From an uncultured Thermoleophilia bacterium (lineage in GTDB: Bacteria > Actinomycetota > Thermoleophilia > UBA2241): a stretch of DNA of 64,000 nucleotides. The translations under genes and the position numbers were made by a program. The DNA is taken from assembly GCA_963739595.1 (NCBI GenBank), contig CAVUBA010000037.1:19627-83626 (forward strand), in the 5' to 3' direction. Shown one piece after another: positions 1 through 9,003 of this stretch (positions are counted from its first letter, which is position 1; each line of letters opens with the position of its first letter). Under the pieces are notes generated by a model, which was not told the origin of the DNA, did no database searches, and saw only the letters and a list, made by a program, of their open reading frames with translations.

Positions 1-569
1 GTGACCTTCTGCGCCGTGCGGTCGGCGAGCGCGGTGAGCGCGGCGGCGCGGCGGTCCCGGTACCCCTCCGCGTCGACGATCACCTGGCGCCGCTCCCGGC
101 GGTCGCCGTTGACGACGATCGCGGCGATGTACTGCAGGGCGTCGATGGTGGCGCCGTGGCGCCCGATGAGGAGCCCGAGGTCGTCGCCGCTGATCTCGGC
201 GCGCACCAACTCGGGCGTCTCGCTGGCGCCCACGTGGGCCTCGATGCCCATGAGGTCGACGGTCGTCTGGATGAACTCGCGGAGCGTCTCGGCGCCTTCG
301 GGCAGGTCGGCTTCGACGCGCTCCTCAGACGGGCACAGCCGCGCCTCGACCTGCGCCAGCATCTTGCCGCGGCCGAACAGGCCGCCCTTGCTGCCCTCCT
401 CGACGACGATGTACTCGACGTCGTCGGGGTTGATGTAGGGCACGATCTTGCGCAGCTGTTCCAGCGCCGTGCGCTTGGCCTCCTCGATGGTGGCCCCGCC
501 GGCGATGGTGGCGAACTCGGTCTCTTCTTCGTCTTCGTCGATCGGCTGGAGGTCGTCCGGCTCTTCCAT
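1..569 (-). CDS. jag: KhpB/Jag-type RNA-binding protein (Jag-N + KH + R3H); C-terminal end runs off the window start
   Basis: Own translation from ATG at 569: MEEPDDLQPIDEDEEETEFATIAGGATIEEAKRTALEQLRKIVPYINPDDVEYIVVEEGSKGGLFGRGK...GDDLGLLIGRHGATIDALQYIAAIVVNGDRRER. It lies directly downstream of yidC, as in the conserved rpmH-rnpA-yidD-yidC-jag cluster. It is absent from the ORF track because no stop lies inside the window. Confidence 0.8.
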   Translation of the reverse strand, partial: MEEPDDLQPIDEDEEETEFATIAGGATIEEAKRTALEQLRKIVPYINPDDVEYIVVEEGSKGGLFGRGKMLAQVEARLCPSEERVEADLPEGAETLREFIQTTVDLMGIEAHVGASETPELVRAEISGDDLGLLIGRHGATIDALQYIAAIVVNGDRRERRQVIVDAEGYRDRRAAALTALADRTAQKV

Positions 570-619
570 CGATCCTGCTCCCTGGTCGGGGGGGAAAGGC
601 GTGGGCGGCCCAGGCGGCG

Positions 620-1732
620 TCACTCGTCCGCCGGACCGTCCGCGCTCGTGGTCGTTCCTCCGTCGCCGCCCTGGCCGGGCGCGCCGTCCGCCGGCTTGTC
701 GGCCGGCTGCGTCTTCTTGGGCTGCTGGCCGGCCGGCCGCGCCTTGCCTGGCTGGCCGGCGCCGCTCTTGGGCTTGGCGCCGGCAGGCTGGCCGGGCTTG
801 CCTCCGGCGACCTGCTTGCGCTTGACGGCCTTGCCGGGCGGCGGCTTCTTGGCGCCGGCCGCGGGCTTCTTGGCGCCGGCCGCGACCGAGCCCTGCTTGG
901 CCGCGCTCGTGCCGTCGCCCTTCTTGCCCATCTTCTCTTCGCGCTGCTTCATGGCCTCGCCCTGCGACGCCATCATGACCTCCATGAAGCGGCTGCGCTT
1001 CTTGGGCTTGGCCTTGGCCTGCGCGCGCGAGCTCCTCTGGCTTGGGCATCGTCCGCTTGATGATCAGCTGCTGGCCGATCGTCCAGACGTTCGTCGTGAC
1101 CCAGTACACGAACAGGCCGGCGGGGAAGCGGAAGAGGAAGAGCACGAACATGATCGGCATCGCGCGCATGATCCACTTCTGCGTGCTGTCGCTCTGCGTC
1201 GCCACCATGAGCTCGGTCGAGATCATCTGCGTGACGACGTAGAGGATGAGCAGGATGTAGTACGGGTCCGGAAGGCCGAGGTGCGGGATCCAGAGGAAGG
1301 GGGCGTGGCTAGAGCGCCTGCACGGAGACCTGGTACTCGGGCGCGCTCAGAGGGCCGAGCGCCCTTGATCGCCGCGTAGAGGCTGATGAACACCGGCAGC
1401 TGCAGGATCAGCGGGAGGCACGACGCGAACGGATTGACGCGGTGCTCCGAGTAGAGCTTCATCGTCTCTTCCTGGAGCTTGCCGCGGTCGCTCTTGTACT
1501 TCTTCTGCAGCTCTTTGATCTGCGGCTGGATCATCTGCATCTGCTGCGCCGACTTGTACTGCTTCCAGGTGAGCGGGAAGAGGATGAGGCGCACGATGAT
1601 CGTGAGGCCGATGATGGCCAGACCCCACGACCAGCTGTAGCCGAGCCCGATCGACGACAGGAAGTGGTTGATGGTGACGAGGATCCAGTGCAGCAGCAGG
1701 ATCAGCTGGGAGAAGACCGGGAGGTTGTACAC
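620..1732 (-). CDS. yidC: Membrane protein insertase YidC (short form with Lys-rich tail); frame-disrupted in this sequence
   Basis: Piece 1223..1732 reads ...IIVRLILFPLTWKQYKSAQQMQMIQPQIKELQKKYKSDRGKLQEETMKLYSEHRVNPFASCLPLILQLPVFISLYAAIKG. My translation continues in another frame as HAPFLWIPHLGLPDPYYILLILYVVTQMISTELMV...FPAGLFVYWVTTNVWTIGQQLIIKRTMPKPEE. It then returns to the 620..985 frame (basic AGAKKP tail). Frame changes at about 1310-1365 and about 1025. Confidence 0.85.
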
Positions 1733-1733
1733 G

Positions 1734-2018
1734 TCAGCTCACATCCGCGTGGGCGTGCCCACAGTCGTGGTGCCGCGGCGGGACGGGATCGTAGCCGCCG
1801 TTACTGAATGGGTTGCAGCGCAGAAGCCGCCAGCTCGCGAGGCCGATGCCCTTGATGGGGCCGTGCTCTCGCAGCGCGCCGATGGCGTAGTTGGAGCAGG
1901 ACGGGTAGTACTTGCAGCGCTGCCCGAACATGGGCGACAGCGTGTACTGGTAGACCCTGATGAGGCCGATGAAGACGGCGTTCAGGCCGGTGTTGACGGC
2001 CGAGACGATGCGGTTCAT
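1734..2018 (-). CDS. yidD: Membrane protein insertion efficiency factor YidD
   Basis: LIRVYQYTLSPMFGQRCKYYPSCSNYAIGALREHGPIKGIGLASWRLLRCNPF is the YidD signature. Its start overlaps the rnpA stop and its stop abuts the yidC start. Confidence 0.85.
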   Translation of the reverse strand: MNRIVSAVNTGLNAVFIGLIRVYQYTLSPMFGQRCKYYPSCSNYAIGALREHGPIKGIGLASWRLLRCNPFSNGGYDPVPPRHHDCGHAHADVS

Positions 2019-2398
2019 GCCTGTCCTGAGGTGATGAGGCCGGAGCGGTCCAGCAGTTCCTGCACGGCGCCGGCCACGAGACCCTTCTCGCCCTCGCCCT
2101 CGCGGGTGACGAGCTCGCTGAGTTGCGGGCGCGCGATCACGACCAGATCGTACTCCTCGGCAAGCCGCCCCGCGTTGGCCTGGAAGGCCTCGCGCAGCAG
2201 CCGTTTGATGCGGTTACGGACGACGGCTCCGCCCAGCTTCTTCGACACCGAGAGGCCGAGACGCGGCCCCTCGTCACCCGGCTCGGCCGGGCGCTTGAAC
2301 CAATACAGCACCAGGAAGCGAGAGGCCGTCGAGCTCCCCTGCCGATAGATGCGCTGAAAGTCGGAGGAGCGAGAAAGGCGGGAACGTTTGGCGGCCAT
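2015..2398 (-). CDS. rnpA: Ribonuclease P protein component
   Basis: 127 aa basic protein (...RLSRSSDFQRIYRQG...GGAVVRNRIKRLLREAF...) located between rpmH and yidD. Confidence 0.85.
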   Translation of the reverse strand: MAAKRSRLSRSSDFQRIYRQGSSTASRFLVLYWFKRPAEPGDEGPRLGLSVSKKLGGAVVRNRIKRLLREAFQANAGRLAEEYDLVVIARPQLSELVTREGEGEKGLVAGAVQELLDRSGLITSGQA

Positions 2399-2410
2399 AG
2401 GGGCCCGCGG

Positions 2411-2545
2411 CTATGCGGAGAGGCGCTTGCGCCCCTTCTGCCTGCGGCTCTTGATCACCGACTGACCAGCGCGCGTGCTCATGCGCTTGCGAAAGCCATG
2501 GGTCTTGCTGCGCTTGCGGGTGTTGGGCTGGTAGGTCCTCTTCAC
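2411..2545 (-). CDS. rpmH: 50S ribosomal protein L34
   Basis: [47 protein letters not shown] start at 2545 is preceded by GAGGAAG. The longer track ORF (to 2611) is an upstream extension. Confidence 0.9.
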   Translation of the reverse strand: MKRTYQPNTRKRSKTHGFRKRMSTRAGQSVIKSRRQKGRKRLSA

Positions 2546-2712
2546 TGCTTCCTCGCACGATCGCCGATAGTCAGAACGCAGAGTATAGCGGCGCGGCGGA
2601 GGCCCGGTCAATTTGGCCCATGGGGCCGGGCCCGGGCCGCCACCACGCTCACGATTCCCCGGACGTTGCCGATATGGGCTACTGTGACCGACTACCGGCG
2701 CGGGGATCGACC

Positions 2713-3445
2713 ATGCTGCTCGAAGGATCCATCCACAGGTTCAACCTCGCCGGCGTTCTGCAGTTCCTCGCGCAGGGCGCCGCCACCGGCGTGCTCGAGG
2801 TCCGCGATTTCGAGGAGTACGGCTTCATCTACCTCGTGAAAGGGCAGGTCGAGGCCATCTCCCTGCCGATCACCGACGAGAAGCTCGGCACGCGGCTGGT
2901 CAAGGCCGGCTGCCTCAGCGAGCAGCAGCTGGCCGAGGCCCTCATGGAAGACTCCGGCCTCTCTCACGACCAGAAGAAGCTCAAGCCACTCGGCCAGCGC
3001 CTCATGGAGAAGGGCTACACGACGCGCGAGCAGATCCGGCGCATCATGGAGCGGCAGACGCTGGACCAGGTCTTCGAGCTCGCCCACTGGGACAGCGGCG
3101 TCTTCCTCTACGAAGAGCCGGAGCAGATGCCGCGCTTCCAGGTGGCGATCGAGGGCGACGTGCAGGGCCTCCTGCTCGACGCGTACCGGCGCATCGACGA
3201 GGGCGAGCGGGCGCGCAAGACGCGCAACGTGGTCGAGAACGAGGTCTGCTTCGCCTGTCCGGTCACGCGACGAGTGCAACGCCGAGATCCGCAGCAAGTA
3301 CCTCAAGAACGATGTGTGTCTCTGGCGCGAGATGGGCGCGGTCCTCGACGAGGGCTACGACCGCCTGCGCGACTCCCGCTCGCTCTACCGCTCGCGCGAC
3401 GAGGACGCCAAGAAGAGCCTCGACGCCTCCCTGGACTCTGAATGA
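2713..3445 (+). CDS. DUF4388 (PATAN-like) domain protein with C-terminal Cys-rich zinc-ribbon-like tail; one frame change
   Basis: [30 protein letters not shown] is the DUF4388 N-terminal signature. After ...[11 protein letters not shown] (about 3268) the GC3-rich reading continues one frame over as [58 protein letters not shown], ending at stop 3443-3445. Confidence 0.7.
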
Positions 3446-3607
3446 TCGCCGCAGGCGCCGAAGGCGCCGAAGGCGAATCATCGTCGGGTGCTCCGCAGGT
3501 GCACCCGACAGTAGTCGCCGCAGGCGCCGAAGGCGCCGAGGGTGAATCATCGTCGGGAGCTCCGCAAGTGCACCCGACAGTGGTCGCCGCAGGCGCCGAA
3601 GGCGCCG
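3446..3607. repeat. 69-bp tandem repeat, 2.35 copies, each unit carrying a 9-bp-stem hairpin
   Basis: Units start at 3446, 3515 and 3584 (the last is partial, 24 nt). Unit 1 is tcgccgcaggcgccgaaggcgccgaaggcgaatcatcgtcgggtgctccgcaggtgcacccgacagtag. Hairpin: gtcgggtgc-N9-gcacccgac. Intergenic between the DUF4388 gene and the GalT-family gene. Confidence 0.85.
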
Positions 3608-3750
3608 CGCCTCTCTCCGAGCTTGAGCGACTCCCCCACCGGGTACTGACAGCGCGTGGCCGGTGACCAGGGCATAGACGGCGCGTTCACCCAGGACGAC
3701 CTGACCGTGTACGGGAGGCGACTCGAGACGAGCGGCCGCGGGGAGAGCCG

Positions 3751-4674
3751 GTGACGCCCGGCGGCGGCGAGCTGCGCCGCAACCCGGCCAGCGGCAAGCT
3801 CTCGATCGTCGCGCCGGCCCGGGCGTCGCGACCGGCCGACGCGGCAGGGCGAGACGCGGCGGCTCCGCCCTGCCCCTTCTGCGCCGGCAACGAAGCGCTG
3901 ACGCCGCCCGAGGTCGACGCGCTGCGTCCTCCGGGGAGCCGGCCGGACGGCCCCGGCTGGCGCGTGCGCGTCGTGCCCAACAAGTACCCGGCCCTCGACG
4001 GGCGCCACGAAGTGATCGTGCACTCGCCCGTCCACGAGGCCGAGCTCGAGGACCTCGGAGACGCTGCGCTCGCCGAGGTCCTCGGCATGTGGCAACGCCG
4101 CGTCGCGGCCCAACTCGACGGGGGCGCCGCCGCCGCGACGCTCATCGGCAACATCGGCGCCGGCTCCGGCGCCTCGCTCGAGCACCCGCACGAGCAGCTG
4201 TTCGCCACACCGGTCGTGCCGCCCCTGCTGTTCGACGAGCTCCTCGAGGCGGAGCGCTACCGCAACCGCTACGGCACCTGCGTCGTGTGCGACGCCCTGG
4301 AGCGCGCCGGCGAGCGGCTGGTGCTGGACGGCACGGTCGCAGCCTGGGTGCCCGAGGCCAGCCGCTTCAACGGGGAGCTGTGGCTGGCCCCCGCGGCGCA
4401 CGAGGCCGACTTCCGCGCCGCCGACCCCGCGGCCGTGGCGCCGTCGCTGCGCCGCGCGCTGACGGCGGTCAAGTCGGCGATCCGCGGAGCGCCGCTCAAC
4501 TTCTGGCTGCACACGGCGCCGGCGGACCTGCGCGGCTCGTTCCACTGGCACCTGGAGTTCGCGCCGCGCACGGCGACCCTGGCGGGGTTCGAGCTCGGCA
4601 CCGACATCGCGCTCGTGACCAAGGATCCGGAGGCCGCGGCGGCTGAGTACCGCGCGGCCCTTCCGCCCGGCTGA
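3751..4674 (+). CDS. Galactose-1-phosphate uridylyltransferase family protein (HIT superfamily)
   Basis: CPFCAGNE zinc motif, VVPNKYPAL, and SLEHPHEQL (HxHxQ active-site motif). GTG start is preceded by GGGGAGAG. The ORF is intact. Confidence 0.75.
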   Translation: MTPGGGELRRNPASGKLSIVAPARASRPADAAGRDAAAPPCPFCAGNEALTPPEVDALRPPGSRPDGPGWRVRVVPNKYPALDGRHEVIVHSPVHEAELEDLGDAALAEVLGMWQRRVAAQLDGGAAAATLIGNIGAGSGASLEHPHEQLFATPVVPPLLFDELLEAERYRNRYGTCVVCDALERAGERLVLDGTVAAWVPEASRFNGELWLAPAAHEADFRAADPAAVAPSLRRALTAVKSAIRGAPLNFWLHTAPADLRGSFHWHLEFAPRTATLAGFELGTDIALVTKDPEAAAAEYRAALPPG

Positions 4675-4697
4675 CCCGCGCGAGCGGCGGCCGCGGG
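4675..4697. terminator. GC hairpin between the convergent GalT-family and rlmN genes
   Basis: cccgcg-N11-cgcggg lies between the two stop codons (4674 and 4708). No T tract. Confidence 0.35.
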
Positions 4698-4707
4698 CAG
4701 GTCGCCG

Positions 4708-5730
4708 TCAGGCGTCCTCGTGGCGCAACGCGAGCTGCCCGCAGGCGGCCTCGATGTCCCCGCCCGGGGAGTTGCGCACCGTGACGCTCACGCCGGTCTT
4801 CTCCAGGCGGTCGCGCATCGCCTCGATCTCGCCGGCCGCCGGCCGCGTGAACTCACCGCCGGTCTCGTTGTACGCGATCAGGTTGAGGTGGTAGAGCTGG
4901 TGGCGAAGACGCTGCCCCAGCGCGCCGATCTGCGCCGGCGTGTCGTTGACCCCGCGCAGGACCACGTACTCGAAGAGCAGCTTGCGCCGCGTCGCCTTCA
5001 CGTACCGGTCGCACGCGGCGAACACCTTGTCCAGCGGATAGGTGCGGTTCAGCGGGACCAGCCGGTCGCGCAGGTCGTCGGTGGCCGCGTGCAGGCTCAC
5101 CGCCAGGTTGAGCTGCAGCGGCTCGGCGGCGAACCGGTCGATGCCCGGGACGACGCCGACGGTGGACACCGAGATATGGCGCGCGGCCAGCCCGAAGCCG
5201 TCGGGGTCGTTGAGCAGGCGGCAGGCGCGGAGCGTCTCGTCGTAGGTGTGGAACGGCTCGCCCATGCCCATGAAGACGACGTTGGTGACCTTTCGTCCAC
5301 CGTCGTCGCGAAGCAGGCGGGCGAAGTGCAGGACCTGGTCGACGATCTCCTCGGCGGTCAGGTCCCGGCGCAGCCCCAGCCTCCCCGACGCGCAGAACGC
5401 GCAGCCCACGGCGCAGCCGATCTGGGTGGAGACGCAGACCGTGGCCCGGCCTGAGACCAGCATGAGCACGGCCTCAACAGGGTGGCCGTCGGCGGTCGTG
5501 AACAGCGTCTTGCGCGCCGAGCCCCTCGGCGCGACGCGCGTCTCCACCTCGGTGAGAGACACCGGCGAGAGCCGCCCGGCCAGCGCCTGTCGCAGGGCCA
5601 GCGGCAAGGTAGTCACCTCCGCGAAGTCGGTGACGAGCCCGCGCGTCAGCGCCTGGTACACCTGGCGGGCGCGATAGGCGGGCTCGCCCAGCTCTGCCAG
5701 GGTGGCCGCGATGACGTCGGGAGCAAGCAC
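4708..5730 (-). CDS. rlmN: 23S rRNA/tRNA (adenine-C2)-methyltransferase RlmN (radical SAM)
   Basis: CVSTQIGCAVGCAFCASG (CxxxCxxC), GMGEP, SVSTVG, and C-terminal ...GGDIEAACGQL. The start is uncertain: GTG at 5730 is chosen by family N-terminus (VLAPDVIAATLAELGEPAYRARQVYQ), while the track ATG is at 5793. Confidence 0.85.
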   Translation of the reverse strand: MLAPDVIAATLAELGEPAYRARQVYQALTRGLVTDFAEVTTLPLALRQALAGRLSPVSLTEVETRVAPRGSARKTLFTTADGHPVEAVLMLVSGRATVCVSTQIGCAVGCAFCASGRLGLRRDLTAEEIVDQVLHFARLLRDDGGRKVTNVVFMGMGEPFHTYDETLRACRLLNDPDGFGLAARHISVSTVGVVPGIDRFAAEPLQLNLAVSLHAATDDLRDRLVPLNRTYPLDKVFAACDRYVKATRRKLLFEYVVLRGVNDTPAQIGALGQRLRHQLYHLNLIAYNETGGEFTRPAAGEIEAMRDRLEKTGVSVTVRNSPGGDIEAACGQLALRHEDA

Positions 5731-5814
5731 CCGGCCATTGTACGCCGGGGAGGGAATGATGGAGGCAAACGCGAAGAGGTAGAAGCCAGGCACGAACGAC
5801 CGGGGACCCCCTCC

Positions 5815-6655
5815 ATGACGACCGTCCAGATCATCGGGATAGCTGTCGCATCCCTTGCGGTGCTTCTGCTCATCGTCGCCCTCATCGTCACGCGCCGTCG
5901 CGGCGACGCGCCGGCAGACGACGCACGGCCGGCCGGCGGTTCCTTCCTCGACGACGCCCCTCAGGACACGTTCTCCGTGCTCGGGAAGGCGGAGCAGCCC
6001 GTCGAGGACATCACCATCGATCCCGCGGTGGAGCGCGCCATCGCCGCGGAGCGCGCGGCGGCCGCGGCCGCCTCGGCCGAAGACGTGCCGGAGCGCGCGC
6101 CCCAGCCCGGAGGCCTCGGCCTCGACTGGGGCCCGGACCTCAGCATACGGACGACGGACCTGAGCGACGAGTGGGGACCTGCGCCGCGCTTCGACGACGA
6201 GGCGGAGATCACCGGCGAGTTGCGGCTGGATGAGACGGCGTCCTCCCCTGCATCAGACACTCCCCCGCCCGCCGCAGGTGAGGAACGACGACCAGGCAGC
6301 CGCCACCCGGCCGGCGGCGCCCTCCGAGGGCGAGCCCGCCGTCGATGACGTGGCGGCAGAGGGAGCCGGCTCGGGCAGTCGCATGGTGCCGCTCTCGGAC
6401 ATCATCGTCACGACGAGCAGCAAGATGGTCGACCTCGCCGACCCCGACGTGCGGCGCATGCTCACCGAGCTCGTGACGTTCGAGATCGACCAGGCGTCCG
6501 AGTTCCGCCGCAAGGGTCAGTCCATCGACGCCGTGCTCCAGCTCACGGAGGCTGAGAAGGTCTCGCGGGCGCTCGGCATGACCGAGTCGGCGCAGCGGAT
6601 CCGCACGATGATGGAAGAGATCCGCACCGGCGAGACGAGGCAGTCTGGTTCGTAG
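5815..6655 (+). CDS. Hypothetical N-terminally membrane-anchored protein; one frame change
   Basis: MTTVQIIGIAVASLAVLLLIVALIVTRRRG is a TM anchor, followed by an acidic/Ala-Pro-rich linker. The reading continues in the 6230..6655 frame (...MVPLSDIIVTTSSKMVDLADPDVRRMLTELVTFEIDQASEFRRKGQSID...). The change is at about 6280. No family recognised. Confidence 0.5.
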
Positions 6656-6707
6656 GACTCTGGAGACGGCGCGGGACTAATCGACGCAGCCCTATTGAGC
6701 CGCGCCT

Positions 6708-8073
6708 CTAGTTCGTAAGGCTCTGGAGAGGCGCGGGAATCCGGCCGCCCCTCCGCACGAACGCGCTGTTGCCGGCGGTGCTGACCTTCATGACCGGGCC
6801 CTCGCCGAACAGTCCGCCGAGCGTGGCCCACTCCCCGACCTTCTTGCCGGCCGCCGGGATGAGGCGGGCGCCGGTGGTCTTGGAGTTGATCATGCCGATG
6901 GCCATGACGTCGGCGATGGTGCCGGCGAGCGCGTCGCGTGAGATGTCGCCGGGCACGACGATCATGTCGAGCCCCAGCGAGCAGACCGCCGTCATCGCCT
7001 CGAGCTTCTCGATCGGCAGGTTGCCGTCGGCGGCGGCCCTGGCCATGGCCTTGTCCTCACTCACCGGGATGAAGGCCCCCGAGAGGCCGCCGGTCGAGGA
7101 GGTCGCCATCGTGCCGCCCTTCTTGACGGCGTCGTTGAGCATGGCGAGCGCGGCGGTCGTGCCGGGAGCGCCGACCGCCTCGAGTCCCATGCACTCGAGG
7201 ATCTCGGCGATGGAGTCGCCCACGGCGGGCGTGGGCGCCAGCGAGAGGTCGATGATGCCGAGCTCGGCGCCGAGCATCTGCGAGGCCTCCTGGGCGATCA
7301 GCTCGCCGACGCGGGTGATCTTGAAGGTCGTGCGCTTGATGAGGTCGGCGAGCTCGATGAACGAGGCGTCCGGGTTGGCGGCGACGACGTTGCGCACGAC
7401 GCCCGGGCCCGGAGATGGCGACGTTGATGCTGCACTCGGCCTCGCCGCTGCCGTGCATCGCGCCGGCCATGAAGGGGTTGTCCTCCGGCGCGTTGCAGAA
7501 GATGACGATCTTGGCGCAGCCGATGGAGTCGTGCTTCGCGGTGCGCTTGCTCACGGCGAGAAGCACGTCGGCCATGCGCAGCACCGCGTCCATGTTGATG
7601 CCGGCGCGCGTGGAGGCGACGTTGACGGAGGAGCACACGCGCTCGGTGCTGCTGATGGCGTCGGGGATGGACTCGATGAGGGCGGTGTCGGCGCGCGTGA
7701 AGCCCTTCTGGACGAGCGCGCTGAAGCCGCCGAGGAAGTCGATCCCGACCTCGGCGGCGGCCGCGTCGAGCGCGTGCGCCACCTCGAGGTAGGCCTCGGG
7801 GTCGTCGCTGCCGACGACGCCGGCGATCGGCGTCACCGAGACGCGCCGGTTCACGATCGGCACGCCGTACTTCTCCTGGAGCTCGGCGGCGACCTCGACC
7901 AGGCGGCCGGCGCGGCGCACGATCTTGGCGTGGATGCGCTCCGCGGTGCGCCGCGTCTCGCCGGCGGCGCAGTCGGAGAGGGAGATACCCATGGTGACGG
8001 CCCGGACGTCGAGGTTCTCGGACCGGATCATGCTCACGGTCTCGAGGATCTCCTGGGCGGTGATGAAGACCAC
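6708..8073 (-). CDS. UPF0210 (DUF711, PFL-like fold) family protein; one frame change
   Basis: [35 protein letters not shown]... continues to ...INVAISGPG. It then continues in the 6708..7397 frame (...[36 protein letters not shown]...[14 protein letters not shown]...). The change is at about 7400. It is paired with the ACT gene, as is usual for this family. Confidence 0.8.
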
Positions 8074-8086
8074 AGCCGCCGCCCTG

Positions 8087-8362
8087 CTAGACGCGGTGCA
8101 TGAACTTGAAGATGTTCTCGTGCTGCACGCTGATCTGCAGCCCGATCCGTTCGCCCGTCGCCTCCAGGGCGTCCTTGAGCTCGGCGATCGTCGTCTCGCC
8201 CTGGTCGAACGAGACGAACATGATCATCGTGAACATGCCGTTGGCGACCGTCTGGCTCACGTCGTCGACGTTGGCGTTCTGCTCGGCGATGGTAGTGGCC
8301 ACCTGGGCGAGGAGGCCGTGACTGTCGGGGCCGAGGGCGGTGACGATGACCGTTGTGCGCAT
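8087..8362 (-). CDS. ACT domain protein (UPF0237 family)
   Basis: MRTTVIVTALGPDSHGLLAQVATTIAEQNANVDDVSQTV..., 91 aa, immediately upstream of the UPF0210 gene. Confidence 0.8.
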   Translation of the reverse strand: MRTTVIVTALGPDSHGLLAQVATTIAEQNANVDDVSQTVANGMFTMIMFVSFDQGETTIAELKDALEATGERIGLQISVQHENIFKFMHRV

Positions 8363-8426
8363 GGGAGACGTTCCTGGAGAGAGGGTGGGCGGGAACAGGC
8401 GGCTAGTATACTAGACCCCGATTCTG

Positions 8427-9002
8427 ATGCCCTCCGATCACGGCTCCACAGACGCCGCGCCGCCGCCCCCTTCCGGCCGCCTCGACAGCCTCGACCGCGC
8501 TCTGTCGCGCCGGGCCGCGATCGGCTGGCCGCACCCGCGCTGGTTCGTCGTGCCGCTGAGCGGCCTCTCGCTGTCGGCCAACTACGGCATCCTCTGGTAC
8601 GCGCTCTGCCTGCTGCCGTGGCTGTTCGGCGCGCCGGAACCGCTGTGGAAGGCCCTGTACGTCGCCGTGCCGGTCACGCTGGTGGAGATGACCGGCTTCG
8701 TCATCAAGCACTTCGTCGGCCGCGCCCGGCCGCCGGTCGCCGACCCCACCCAGCCGGAGCAGATCCCGCTGCCGCTCAGCAAGTCGTTCCCGTCGTCTCA
8801 CGCGAGCATGGCCGTGGTCGGGACGTTCACGCTCGGCACGCTCTACCCGCAGTGGATCCCCGTGCTCGCCGCCCTGATCCTGGTGCTGTGCTTCAGCCGC
8901 GTGTACCTCGGCGTGCACTACCTCGGCGACGTGCTCGGCGGCCTCGCCTACGGCCTGGTGTTCGCCGCCGCGTGGGTGCTCCTCGTCCCGGCGCCGGTGT
9001 GA
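8427..9002 (+). CDS. PAP2-family phosphatase (membrane)
   Basis: KHFVGRARP, PSSH and SRVYLGVHYLGD match the three PAP2 motifs (KxxxxxxRP / PSGH / SRxxxxxHxxxD). Several TM segments. Confidence 0.8.
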   Translation: MPSDHGSTDAAPPPPSGRLDSLDRALSRRAAIGWPHPRWFVVPLSGLSLSANYGILWYALCLLPWLFGAPEPLWKALYVAVPVTLVEMTGFVIKHFVGRARPPVADPTQPEQIPLPLSKSFPSSHASMAVVGTFTLGTLYPQWIPVLAALILVLCFSRVYLGVHYLGDVLGGLAYGLVFAAAWVLLVPAPV

Positions 9003-9003
9003 C

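Noticed and set aside
2546-2712. oriC / DnaA-box cluster upstream of rpmH.
   Set aside because: I could find no TTATCCACA or TTGTCCACA-like 9-mers and no AT-rich unwinding element by eye. The dnaA gene is absent from the window.
3312-3545. Arg-run ORFs such as [12 protein letters not shown]...RRRRRRRRRII, and many similar Arg/Pro-rich alternative-frame ORFs throughout the track.
   Set aside because: They are off-frame readings of GC-rich coding or repeat DNA. They have no SD, no family similarity and implausible composition.
3446-3607. Possible CRISPR array.
   Set aside because: The units are directly adjacent with no unique spacers. There are only 2.35 copies, the unit is 69 bp, and there are no cas genes in the window.
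3442-3666. 74-aa ORF translating the 69-bp tandem repeat in frame, with its ATG overlapping the upstream TGA.
   Set aside because: Its third codon positions are clearly less G/C-rich than in real genes here, and each unit forms a hairpin. It is more likely a REP/terminator-like element. It is kept as an alternative in the findings.
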